A stretch of 64,000 bases of DNA. Source: Lama guanicoe (taxonomy: Eukaryota). Location of the stretch: the NCBI GenBank assembly GCA_013239625.1, contig MU056050.1, forward strand, positions 3,086,084 to 3,150,083. Reading direction: 5' to 3'. Below the pieces are notes generated by a model that did no database searches, was not told the DNA's origin, and saw nothing but the letters and a program-made list of their open reading frames with translations. Shown here piece by piece: positions 53,480-64,000 of the stretch. Numbering within the stretch: position 1 is the first letter of the stretch; each line of letters begins with the position of its first letter. A program made the position numbers and the translations under genes.

Positions 53480-55350
53480 ACATCAAAATATATAAAATTT
53501 CTCATAAATCAATAAATATCAGCTGAACCCTCCAGTAGAAACACAGACAAAAGACCTCAACAGGCAATTAATAAAAGAAGAAATGCAAGTTAGCAGTGAT
53601 ATTTTAAAATGTTCAACCACAGTGGTAATTTTAAAATGCAAACTAAAACACTGAAATATCATTTTGCCTATCAAAATGGCTTTTTTTAAAAAAAATTATG
53701 ACATTAAAAGTTTTCAAGGGTTCAGAGAAATAAGCACTCTTACATACTGCTGGTAGGAATGTAAATTGTTGCAAGATGTTTGGACAAATTGGCAATATAT
53801 ACCCAAAGTATTAGAAATGTTTGTAAACATTTTGATCTACCAATTTCATGTTTAGAAATTTATACTAAGAAAAAGATCTGAATAAATTTTAAAATAACAA
53901 TATTCAACATGATGTTGTATATAACATAAGGAAAAGTACTATGTCCAGCAAATAGAGGTTGATTATATCAATGACTGTATACAATAGAGGATAATGCTGT
54001 CATTAAAAATAATGTAGAAAAATATTAAATAATAGAAAAAGATGTTCACAAAGCGGGTAATAAAACAGTATTATATAAGCTCATTTTAGAGGCCATTTAG
54101 TGTAATAAGTAAGGGCACCACAGACTCTTTTTTAAAAGTCAGACAGACCTGAAGAGTGATGGCCCTTCCTCTAACTAGCTGTGTGGTTTGGGGTAAGCTG
54201 CTTAATGTCTTTCAGTGTCAGTTCCCACATATGTAAATTGCAAATAATAATACCTAATTTGAAAGATACTATGAGTATGCATACAGGGACCCACATGAGT
54301 TGAAGTACAATTTCGTCTATTTCTAGAAATTAAGTACCCATTTTTTTAAAAGTATTACAATGGACTCACAGATTCTGTTTTGTTTTTGTTGTTCAGTGTA
54401 TAATCTGTTACCATTGTTCTTTTTGATGCTCAAATTTGGCGAGTAGGAGTCCCTCCAAATTGGTTTCTGTGTCCTTTTGACATGTCTCAACACTTCACGG
54501 CTTTTCTTAGCACAAGATATTCCAGGCTTAACTTGCACAAAGTTTCTCTGCCACAGACCTAGAAATAGCCATTTAATCAAAGTTTGGGTATAATGCATGC
54601 TCACAGCTACTGAGGAGATATTGTTTTTAAGCCCTTTCAGAGAACAGAGCAAGGATATATACATATAGAACAAGAGTTTCAGAGTTTATTACTTGCTTTG
54701 TTAATGTGTGTGTACATACATATATACACACACATAACATACATCTGTGTGTATGTATATTTTGAAAAGATTGAGTTCATATTGATATTCCTAATTCTAA
54801 TCCAATATCACAGAGTTCTTCCTCTCCCTAATTCCATATTTTTATCTTCACTTTCACACAGTGAACCGTGTTCTCAATAACATCAATATATTTACTCATT
54901 TGCTTATTGTACAAGACACACAAAATAGTGTTAGAATTACTACAGCAATACCACTACCAGAACTAAACCTACTAAGTTCAAAGTTTGTGTTTTTTGTCCT
55001 TAGAATATGTCCTCCTGAGGGTGTACAGGGTTTTATATTAAAAAGGGTGAATCTCCCTAATATGTAAAGAACTCTTAAAAATTGAGACAAAGAGGATTGA
55101 AGAAAAAAAATAGAAAAATGAACAAAAGATATGAACATACAGTTCAGAAAAATGATTCTTAAACATACAAAGATAACCAGCTTCACTCCTGATAAGAGCA
55201 ATACAAACTAAAACTACCCTAGGATACCCTCTCTAACCTATCCAACAAAAAATTCAAAAGCTTGTGACACATGCTGATGGGAAGTCCATCAGGAGGGCAC
55301 TGCACTGTCACACGCTGCTGGTGGGTGAACAGGATACTACAGCCCCGTGA
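53480..55350. mobile_element. Mosaic of old L1ME/L1MC fragments and a MIR
   Basis: L1 3' ORF2-like text on + (~53480-54090 and ~55060-55350), MIR (~54100-54280), antisense L1MC 3'UTR (~54300-54950). Boundaries approximate. Confidence 0.6.
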
Positions 55351-56207
55351 AAGAGATCCATGAAAGGAGCCACTTACCGTGTTTTTAAACTTTTCTCTGT
55401 TTCAATAATTATTTCCCGTCATTTCTTATTTCGCATATATTTCCAGCTTTCCTCTTGATTTAAGTAAGGTAGCTTATAGTCTGCCTGTTTGTTGATTTTT
55501 AACACCACTTTATTTTTCTATTATTTCTATGTTTTCTACCTCATTAATTTCTATTTTATCTTGATTATTTCCTTTCTTGTGTTTTCTTCTAGCTTATTTT
55601 ATGGCTTTTTAAGCTTTACTTTCATTCTTTTATTTTTATTGATATGAATTTTCCTCTTACAAATGGTTTAATTGTATCCCATAAATTTTGACATGTGATG
55701 TGTTCATTATTATTATTTCTTAGAAATTTTATAATTTTAAGGTTTTATTTCCCCTTTTACCCAAGACTTGGTTAAGATTTTTTTAATTTCCTGGTGGAAA
55801 GACTTTTCTATTTTTAAGATTTTCTCCCTAATTTTTAGTTTGCTTTCACTGTGATCTGGGAATGATGTTTGTGTTAATTCTACTTTGTGAAACTCATTGA
55901 GGTTCCTGTAGTGACCTGCTGTCACGAAATATGATCAGATTCTGTGATGGTTCTGTGAGTACTTGAGAAGATATGTTCTCTATTGTCAGGGTTTTAAGTT
56001 CAATATACAGCCATAGGAGCTATCTTATTGATTTTTCTTTTTTAAGTTTTCTATACACTTAAGTTTCTATCCATGGCCTGTCTTGAACTAAGTGGTGGGT
56101 GAAAATATCCTATTCCTAATTGTTTTTGTTGATTTCTCCTTGCATCTCTTATAGTTTCTGCTTTGTAAAGGTAATAGTTATTTGTGCATAGGTAGTCATA
56201 GCTTTCT

Positions 56208-56376
56208 TTTTAATAATTGGACCTCAAGTCCTTTTTTCTAAATTTTTTTTGTGGGGGAGGTAATTAGGTTTGTTCGTTTGTTTGTTTATTTATTTTTGAT
56301 GGAGGTGCTGGGGATTGAACCCAGGACCTTGTGCATGCTAGGCACGCACTCTACCACGGAGCTATACCCTTCCCCC
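56208..56376 (-). mobile_element. tRNA-derived SINE, Vic-1-like (camelid)
   Basis: Minus strand: ggggaagggtatagctccgtggtagagtgcgtgcctagcatgcacaaggtcctgggttcaatccccagcacctcc + aaataaataaac...aaacctaattacctcccc + A tail; A and B boxes visible. Confidence 0.88.
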
Positions 56377-56875
56377 AAGTCATAGCTTTCTACAGAAAAT
56401 TCTCTTACTTGTGTTTAATGGTTTTTGGCCTGAATTCTACTTTGCTTGATATAAAGATTATAAGGTTTGTTTTCTTTCTGCTTCTCTTTGCCTGATAAAC
56501 CTTTTGTTTATCCTATAATTTTTAGCCATTTCTGACTCCTTGTATCTCAGGTGTGTCCCTTGTAAATAGCATAGAATTAGATTTTGTTTTGTGAGCTATT
56601 TTGAAAATCTTTTCCTTTTACTAGTAGGTGATTAAACCCATTTACATTTATTGATATGACAGACATGTTTAGTTTTAACATATTATTTTGTTATATTTAC
56701 AGTATTATGTTAATTTTATTTTCTTTCTTTATGCAGTTTGTTTCTTTGGTTTTTAATTTTTTTTTCTTTTGATATTTAAGGTTTGTGTTATTGTTCTATA
56801 GATTACCTTTATGCTATTACCTTTTATAAAGCCCTTAGTCCCCCTTGTGCTTGCTTAACTTTCTACTGTTTGTCC

Positions 56876-57026
56876 TTTTTTGTTTGTTTTAAGTACTTTT
56901 TTAAAGTTTTTTTTTGGAGGAGGTAATTAGGTTTGCTTATTTATTTTTAATGGAGATACTGGGGATTGAACCCAGGACCTCGTGCACACTAAGCATATGT
57001 TCTGCCACTGAGCTATACTTTCCCCC
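56876..57026 (-). mobile_element. Second Vic-1-like SINE
   Basis: Minus strand: ggggaaagtatagctcagtggcagaacatatgcttagtgtgcacgaggtcctgggttcaatccccagtatctcc...aaacctaattacctcc + A tail. Degenerate flanking repeat actttc(t/c)act(g/a)tttg. Confidence 0.88.
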
Positions 57027-57316
57027 ACTGACTTTCCACTATTTGGTCTGTCAGCTTAAAATTACATATACCCTCTGACTCTATATGAAAATCAGTGAGG
57101 TTGGTTTTCCCGTTTTTTCTACTTTTCTTCTCCCAGTTTTAGCTGCATTTTTACTATTTTATCAAAATACATAACATTTTCATACAAGTTTTCCATCCTT
57201 GTCCCCACCTTTCTTTTAAACTTAAATTTACAATTAAGGAGATTATCATTCACCAGCAGTCCTTTTAACAAAGTTTCCCTTATTATCTCTAAGTTGGATA
57301 AAGCTTATCTTTAAAT

Positions 57317-57647
57317 CATAAATCAAAAACTACAACCTTTGGCTAAATTTAGCCCACTGCATGTTTTTGTATGGTCTGAGAGCCAAGAAGAGCTTTTATT
57401 TTTTAAATGGTTGAAAAAAGATCAAAAGAATAACAATATTTCAGGACATGTGAAAATTTTATGAAATTCAAATTTCAGTGTCCACAAATAAAATGTTACT
57501 GGAACACAGTGACACTCATTCATTTACATACTGTCTATGGCGGCTTTTGGTTTTAAATTGAATAGCTGTGACAGAGACTGTACAGACTGTAAAGCCTGAA
57601 GTAGTTACTGTCTGGTTCTTTACAGAAAAAAGTTTGCTGACTCCAAG
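57317..57647 (+). mobile_element. MER58B hAT-Charlie MITE (3' half duplicated, see next feature)
   Basis: tttttaaatggttgaaaaaagatcaaaagaa...atgaaattcaaatttcagtgtccacaaataaa...tttacagaaaaaagtttgctgactcc. Confidence 0.85.
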
Positions 57648-58067
57648 TCTCGTAGGGCTTGTGAGTACTGTATTCCCTGAGTTCTTGCATGTTTAAAACT
57701 GTTTTTCTATTATTTTTAATAAATGAAAGATGACTTTTTTGGAATCAAATCCTTGAGTCAAACTTCCTTTTCCAGTGTCCACAAATAAAATGTTACTGGA
57801 ACACAGTGACACTCATTCATTTACATACTGTCTATGGCGGCTTTTGGTTTTAAATTGAATAGCTGTGACAGAGACTGTACAGACTGTAAAGCCTGAAGTA
57901 GTTACTGTCTGGTTCTTTACAGAAAAAAGTTTGCTGACTCCAAGTCTCGTAGGGCTTGTGAGTACTGTATTCCCTGAGTTCTTGCATGTTTAAAACTGTT
58001 TTTCTATTATTTTTAATAAATGAAAGATGACTTTTTTGGAATCAAATCCTTGAGTCAAACTTCCTTT
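57476..58067. repeat. Tandem duplication, two copies, 297-bp period
   Basis: 57476-57770 and 57773-58067 read as identical base by base. Confidence 0.97.
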
Positions 58068-60167
58068 CCAGTTATTTGAAAATGTTGCTTTACCCTTACC
58101 TTGCTTTGTCTGTTGTCAAGAGGTCTGATGACAACCTGATTTTCTTTCCTTTGTAAATGACTCCTCTCCATCCAAGGCCCAGGAGATTACTACTTTTTTC
58201 TTTATCATTAAAGTCTACTGTTTTCACTGGGATATGACTTGGAGTTGACTGTTTTGAATCAGTTTTCCAAGGTACTTTGGGTTTTCCCTTCAATACTTGC
58301 AGTCGGGTCTTCTATTTCTGGAAAGTTTTCTTTGATTAGTTTTAAATATTAGTTCTAGTCATTGTTTAGCTTTTCTTTATCAGGAATTACAATTATATAT
58401 ATATAGCCTGGATTTCTTTGGCTATCTTCTATAACAATCATTGTCTCTGATTTCTTTTACCTCTGTCTTTATTTCAACTTCATTATCATTGCTACTCTAG
58501 CGCCTTTCATCACTGCAGCTCCTATTTTCAAATTTTCTCTCTCTTGGTCATTATTTAGCATAGTCTTCATTTTCAAGATAGTTGTGTCTTTTTCTTAAAT
58601 TTATTTCCTGAGTTCAGTCAACTCTCATTTTGCAACTTCCTTTTGCATATTTCTGCTCTGAGTTCTAGAATGTATTATTTCAGTCTTTTTTTCATATATT
58701 CAATGTTTAAGAATACTTAATTGAGATGTTTTATTGCAGTTTTCTTGTGCTTTGGGAGTGGTTATTTGGAGAGATTTTTCATCAGCTGAAATGATTTATT
58801 CTTATTTTCCATTTTCCTGTTACATACAGAGCTTTGTATGGATGTTGTCTACCTTTTTACGTTCATTCTGAAATACTTTATTTGCCTAGATCAGCAACAA
58901 GAGTTGTATGCAGATAGGAGTCAGGACTTTGGGTGACTTATCAGGTTACTAGGTTCCTTAGTTCTCACTAAGTGCAATTTTAAAAATCAGTGACAACTTT
59001 TGGGGGTGTTTGGTATATCCCTTAGTTTCATGATTGACATTTATTTCTGCAGGATCCTGAAATTCTAACCTCTTGCTTCTTTCTTTCCCTTCATCATCTG
59101 GCCCTCGAAGGACACTCCTTCCAAGTCAATGCCCCCATACCTTCAGAAGTTGTGCCTTCCTGAGGCTATCAGCGCTAGTTCTGTGTCCTTTAAAGTACTT
59201 TCTTTTCAATTTTCAGTAGCCAGTGTTCTCAAATGCTAGGTCTGAGATCTGTTCTCAGTAGCTGTCCACCAAGGGCATTTTATTTGATCTATTCTGCCAT
59301 CACTAGGCCCCAGCTCTCATATATTCTTTTCTGTCTAGTCTTTGTCTGACTCTTGGCTCTGACATAGGCTACAGTGCTAGTTCTGCTTCATTTGGGTGTT
59401 TATTTCTCTACTTAAGTGTAATTTGAAGTGCGTAGAACTCTGTCTCCTAGTTATGCTATTGAAGTGGGTTATGTGTGGTTTTATTTGCTCTTCTTGCTGT
59501 TCTGAATTTCTTTTTGTAGGATGGCATAGAGAGTTTTAAATTTAAGGGGCCAGCGTTATTCTATGGGAACTCAGAACTCACTATTAATATATTTTTTTTA
59601 TATTTTTATAATATATATACAGGCACATACACTTGAACATTGTGTACCCACTATCTACAGGTCATTCATTTGAAATGAGTCTCTAATAATGTTGATGTGT
59701 TATAGTTTTACCTGCTGTGTTCTTCAATATTCAATTCCATGCATCTATGAGATAGATGGCCATGGTTAGGGCTACCATTTGTAACTGTGAACAGGATCAG
59801 ATTTACTAACAGAGTGATTGTGTTGTATTTTCCTGCCCCTTTATAATTCTTCCTCCTAAACTTCTAATGATAGGAAATTGATAATGAGTATCTCATTTCT
59901 TTGGATGAAAGTAGTGATGGCAAATATATCTCAACTTCTGAGTAAACTCTAATTGCAGAATCTAGACTCAGTAGGAAAGAATGTTTGTTGCACTGATTAC
60001 TTATATCTTCCATGGTTCTGGGACAGAGAAGAGATGACATTAATGTCAGAGATTTGCCATTTTTGGCTTATAATCCTGTCTTCCATTAAAATGAAAATAA
60101 TCTTACGGAGCTATAATACATGTTCTTTGTCACAGCCATTTTTACTTTAGTGTGAACTATCTTATTA

Positions 60168-60570
60168 CATGGGTTGCAAGCTTAAATGCCAACCCAGAAG
60201 GCAGGCAAGTAGTATACAGGAGTCAAGAGGGCAGTATGGCTGCTCTGAGGGACTGCAGAGTTCACGGTCCTTTTGTGAGCAGCCCGTATTTAGGTCCGGC
60301 CAATGGTTTTCATATTATTTTGCAAAACAGAAGGCTAGAATAGTGCCTGGCACATAGGTACCCAATAAGTGTGTGGGCGAATAGGTGAATGCAGGCCTAG
60401 GAATGCCAGATCTTTCCATTTTTAAAGAAAGACCAGAAATTTTATGTAAACCAGAGATTTTATGTAAAACCTCTAGGCTTAAGTTTTTAAATTAGTTGAC
60501 AGCATTTAACAAATTCTATGTGTGCCAAGCAAAACTTGCCTAGTTCATCAGATTCACTTATGAGTTCAGG
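60168..60570 (+). mobile_element. Degenerate MER102-like element
   Basis: gggttgcaagcttaaatgcc...gccagatctttccatttttaaagaaagaccagaaattttatgtaaa...gtgccaagcaaaac. Confidence 0.55.
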
Positions 60571-60639
60571 TTTTGTTAGGGGGTAGAAGACAGGAAGGAC
60601 TAGGTTTCTGATTTGGCGGATGGAGTACAAAGGGAGAGT

Positions 60640-60745
60640 GAGACCGTGAGCTTCAGTAATGAAACAGAACAGAGCTAAAAGGTTGAAAAAGTGACTGAGC
60701 CCATGGCGTTGGCCTCATTAGCAGGAACACTGCTGAGCTAGTCAA
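60640..60745 (-). mobile_element. Possible second MamSINE1-like SINE
   Basis: Minus strand: gactagctcagcagtgttcctgctaatgaggccaacgccatgggctcagtc...ttagctctgttctg. Confidence 0.5.
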
Positions 60746-61685
60746 TGAGAAATCTAAATATTTTTCTTTCCTACCTACTCAAATCACAAAAGACAAGCAC
60801 TGTAATTTCCTATAAAAGTGTAACTATATTCCTCAGTTTGCTATGTCTGCTAATAATTAATTCTGTTTCTTTTGGGCCAAAAGACATGCCTTATCACTGG
60901 ACTCCATAAGCTCCTCATGTTATTTTGTATGAATGCTGTATTGATGTATCTAATCTTGATTGCCCATTGAATCTCTTATTTTTAAAAGTTAGCTTTTTTT
61001 TCTCCCTCTGTTGATGGGTTCTTCTCTCTACATTTTATATTTCATTGATTCAAAAGACTAGATTGTTGCCTGTCAGCAAGGAGACTTATGCTGGCTAATC
61101 CAAGGGCAGGATTTGGTCACGGAAACCAACTAAAAACATACAGCAGCCAGGAACAGAAACCAAAGATACTAATGGTTTGTTTGGGTTTTGTTCAATCTTG
61201 GAACAGGCTGTGTTTTAGGCATGACAAAGAAAGAATCTATTTGTACCATCTGGCTTCCAAATACTCCCACAGCCTTCTATGTTGGTAAATCTTAACTAGT
61301 GCCATGTCTGCAATATCCTATATGATAATCCTCGAGCTTGTGCTATTACAGCCTGGAGCAGCACTGAGCACGTGCAGTGCTTTACCACATTTTCCCACTG
61401 GCATAGAAATGTTCACCTCTCCAAAACTGAAAAGTTCAACTAGGTTCAAAAGTCATTTGACCTTTCAACTACTCATGGATTGACTGAGGCTAGATTTATC
61501 ACCAAGGTCAAAGACATAAAAAAATTTCCTGGCTCTCTGCAAGGCAGTGAGGAAATGACTGAACTATTTGATAACTTCAGAGGGTTTGGATTCATCAGGA
61601 TTCTGTGTCTGGAGAAAGCACATGATTCTTAAAAAAACTACTCCATTTCAAAAATTTCCACTTTCTTTCATAGCACAGTATACTT

Positions 61686-63448
61686 TTTTTTTTTTTTAAA
61701 GTTGAGTTATGGTTTATTTGACGGGAGGATTGGAGCCCGGATGAGAGCCTCTCAGAACACTCTGAGGGACTGCTCTGAAGAGGCAGGGGAGGAGCTAGGA
61801 TATATAGGAGCTTTACAACAAAGATCAGGTAGTTGGAACAATAAAAGATTACTTGTTATCTAAAGAAAAACAGGCATCTCAAGTTAAAGAATTTAGTGCT
61901 TTTCTATGTATAGGAGGAAGCAAACATTTGGGCTCATTGAATCCATTTCTTTGACAAGCACCTAGCTATCTAGGGCCAGTATCCTGTCCTTTATTATTCT
62001 GAGTCCCCTCAGGGTGCACCATTGTGAGTGGCTGCAGAGGCCGGCCTGCAGGCTTGTCTTCACTGGGGGGTGGCGGCAGCCGCTGATGACTTGATGACTT
62101 CAGCATTCTTTGTTTACTGATATGGTTTGTAGTATTTTTCATTCACAGTGCTCCGCCTTGGTCCTAAATTCAACCAATATTTTGGGAGACATTTCATGAC
62201 CAATTTTGTCCCACGGTGCTAGGAAGGCTCATTCCTAGATCAGGTGGAAGATACTGTTGACATGCCACTCAACTGTTAATTTTTGTATCTGGCCCTGTTG
62301 ATACTCAAAAATTCTCTGGATCATCTGTCTTACTAGTCTATTACGATCCAGGAAATGTTTGCCCCTCATTGCTCATTCCCATCCTAGAACCACACTATTA
62401 CAATTATTCTATGCAGGGTTATAAATTTTATCTATTTCCTCAAGATATTTAGCCATCATCAGTCTTCTTGGAGGCCTAGTTATACATTTGGTAATGCAGA
62501 AACAATTTTGTAAAACAGGCAAAATACAAATAATATAGTTAACAGTATTAGTAAGGTCATAAGTAAGAATTTAATTGAAAAACTTCCATTAGGTGCAGCT
62601 CAGTGTATCCCCAGGTCATCTGACTTAGTCTGTTCTGTACCAATCCTTATCTTTAAGGAAGATGTTATACAGGCATTGTTCATAAGACTCCTAGCCAAAT
62701 TTCATAGTGTTATTAGCTTGGTTATCTTTAATATAGTTTAATTTTTCCAACATAAGAGAGCCTTTAAACTTAAATGTCCATACCCTGGTGTTACCTATAT
62801 AAGTCCTTTCCATAATTGAAGGAGGTTATAATTCTTTGGTGGAAATCTTGCTTGTTGTCTTGATTGAGCTTAAGTGATCTTATAAGAAAATTCATATTTA
62901 TGGCCAGGCTCAGAGCAGGTATTATTAATTGGTCAGGTGAGATCTCCCAACTTGTAATATCAATAGTGGCCTAAATAGAACTATAATTTCTCTTCTAGAA
63001 TAAAAAATTTATCTAGTTAGAGCTATCTAGTTAGAGCCCTGGAGTAGGGAAACCCATCAAGGTAACACAGAAGTACAAGATATAGGTAATTGACCATAAA
63101 CCTAACAAATGGATTAGTTCATAATCAAAGGTATGTGCAATTATCAAAGTGATTGGTAAACAGGCCTGGTCCAGTGTCTTGGGTGAGCTGTTTATCTCCG
63201 ATGTCATCTTCTTCTCATCCTGGCCTGGCAGCTTCTTCTCCATTTGAGCATTGTTTTAAGGTGAGCAATACTCTATAGACCAGTCCAGTGCAAGGGCTCT
63301 TTCTAATTGGAAATTAATCCAAAAGTCAATTTCCTTTAGCTTTCACTGTGTATGGTCTAGTTAAGAGTACCTGATAAAGGGTCCTTCCATTCAGGTTGGA
63401 GACAGTTCTTTAAGTCATGTCTGTTCCAGTATGTATAATCCCCTGGTT
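61686..63448 (-). mobile_element. Processed (polyadenylated, 5'-truncated) ERV1 retrocopy: integrase C-terminal remnant, non-coding internal region, PPT, MER41-like LTR U3-R, poly(A)
   Basis: LTR starts TG at 62147 after PPT-like aggaccaaggcggagcac (62148-62165). TATA-like tatata at ~61800-61806. AATAAA at 61713-61718. A14 at 61684-61697. 13-bp TSD gcacagtatactt at 61673-61685 and 63449-63461. Confidence 0.88.
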
Positions 63449-64000
63449 GCACAGTATACTTCTTCCTAATTTCTTGACAGCGGGCATCTCTCTCTCTCTT
63501 AGGCACTGTGCACCCAGTATTAGCTTGGTTGCTTGTTATGAGTAAAATCCAAAATCTCTCTCTATGTAATGTTATTTTCATTTAATGCCATAATTTTATT
63601 AGTTAATTCTGCAAAGTATTTGGACATATGAAATACACAAAAGACATTATGTGGTATTGTTATTTGCCACATTTAACATCTATGTTTAATTAAAGTGAAG
63701 TTCAAGATCAAAGTGAATCTAGGTTCTTCCTTCAGGGAACAAAGGGCAAAACTAAACTAAGGTTGAAACAAGGTTATCTGCAACATAAACAATGGGGCTA
63801 GTTGATTTGGCTAAACCTATGAATATCAAAAAGCAAAATCTGCCTCTTCTGTACCAGGTGGTAGAACGGCACAGACTGCTTGCTGTCAAAATCACATTTG
63901 TATTCATTTTTGGCCACAGCCACCACTAGTTTATCTGAGAACTCAACAACCTCCTCTGATGGATGTTCTATGTACATATGCTAGCCTTCAGTTTTCTGAT

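Larger units (their letters stand above)
55400..58900 (-). mobile_element. Ancient L1 5' portion (ORF1 and endonuclease remnants), interrupted by two SINEs and MER58B
   Basis: ORF 58096..58293 (STPSHIPVK..DFNDKEK...IYKGKKIRLSSD) resembles L1 ORF1. ORF 55737..55925 (NLNEFHKVELTQTSFPDHSESKLKI...SWVKGEIK) resembles the end of the ORF2 endonuclease. Confidence 0.75.
1..64000 (-). other. TENM1: Internal part of the teneurin-1 gene (six coding exons plus introns); the gene extends beyond both window edges
   Basis: Six minus-strand exons join in frame (phases 1-1, 1-0, 0-1, 1-1, 1-1, 1-1; 153+200+211+102+195+201=1062 nt). The peptide matches teneurin-1 as I recall it (AVHLFGLTWQLQP...[12 protein letters not shown]...EGF repeats). 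No start or stop codon of the gene lies in the window. Confidence 0.96.

Noticed and set aside
56300..57026. tRNA genes
   Set aside because: The A/B-box heads are followed by SINE tails and flanking repeats, with no complete acceptor stem.
57476..58067. CRISPR-like or satellite array
   Set aside because: Only two long copies, no spacers, eukaryotic intron.
61698..62147. Interferon-responsive GAS sites, as described for MER41-family LTRs
   Set aside because: I could not find an intact TTCnnnGAA motif in this copy by eye.
63357..63581. 74-aa minus-strand ORF as a viral or novel gene
   Set aside because: It is a chance fusion of flanking intron with the integrase remnant across the TSD, and it frameshifts at the GPY motif.
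1..64000. A previously undescribed multi-gene system
   Set aside because: All coding signal is explained by TENM1 exons and transposon remnants; no other supported gene or RNA gene was seen.

Overview
Mammalian genomic DNA, probably camelid (alpaca/llama/camel), judged from two Vic-1-like tRNA-derived SINEs and artiodactyl-type L1 3' ends. The whole window lies inside TENM1 (teneurin-1, X-linked in eutherians), which is transcribed on the minus strand. Six coding exons are resolved with canonical AG/GT boundaries: 40740-40892, 19417-19616, 17958-18168, 13059-13160, 11467-11661 and 8353-8553. They splice in frame (1062 nt) to encode the juxtamembrane ectodomain and EGF repeats 1-5. The rest is intron, rich in interspersed repeats (L1, L2, CR1, MIR, MER2B, MER5, MER33, MER58B, MER102, Tigger1, ERV1 LTRs) and microsatellites. 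Repeat family names come from recalled consensus sequences, not from a search. The most notable observation is a 5'-truncated, polyadenylated endogenous-retrovirus retrocopy (61686-63448) that lacks U5 and has a 13-bp target-site duplication, i.e. an ERV RNA apparently integrated by L1 machinery. Other observations are an identical 297-bp tandem duplication with junction microhomology, a CAGCAG tandem acceptor next to the transmembrane segment, and an L1 whose 5'UTR is joined directly to the 3' part of ORF2. I found no CRISPR, rRNA, genuine tRNA gene or convincing new multi-gene system.
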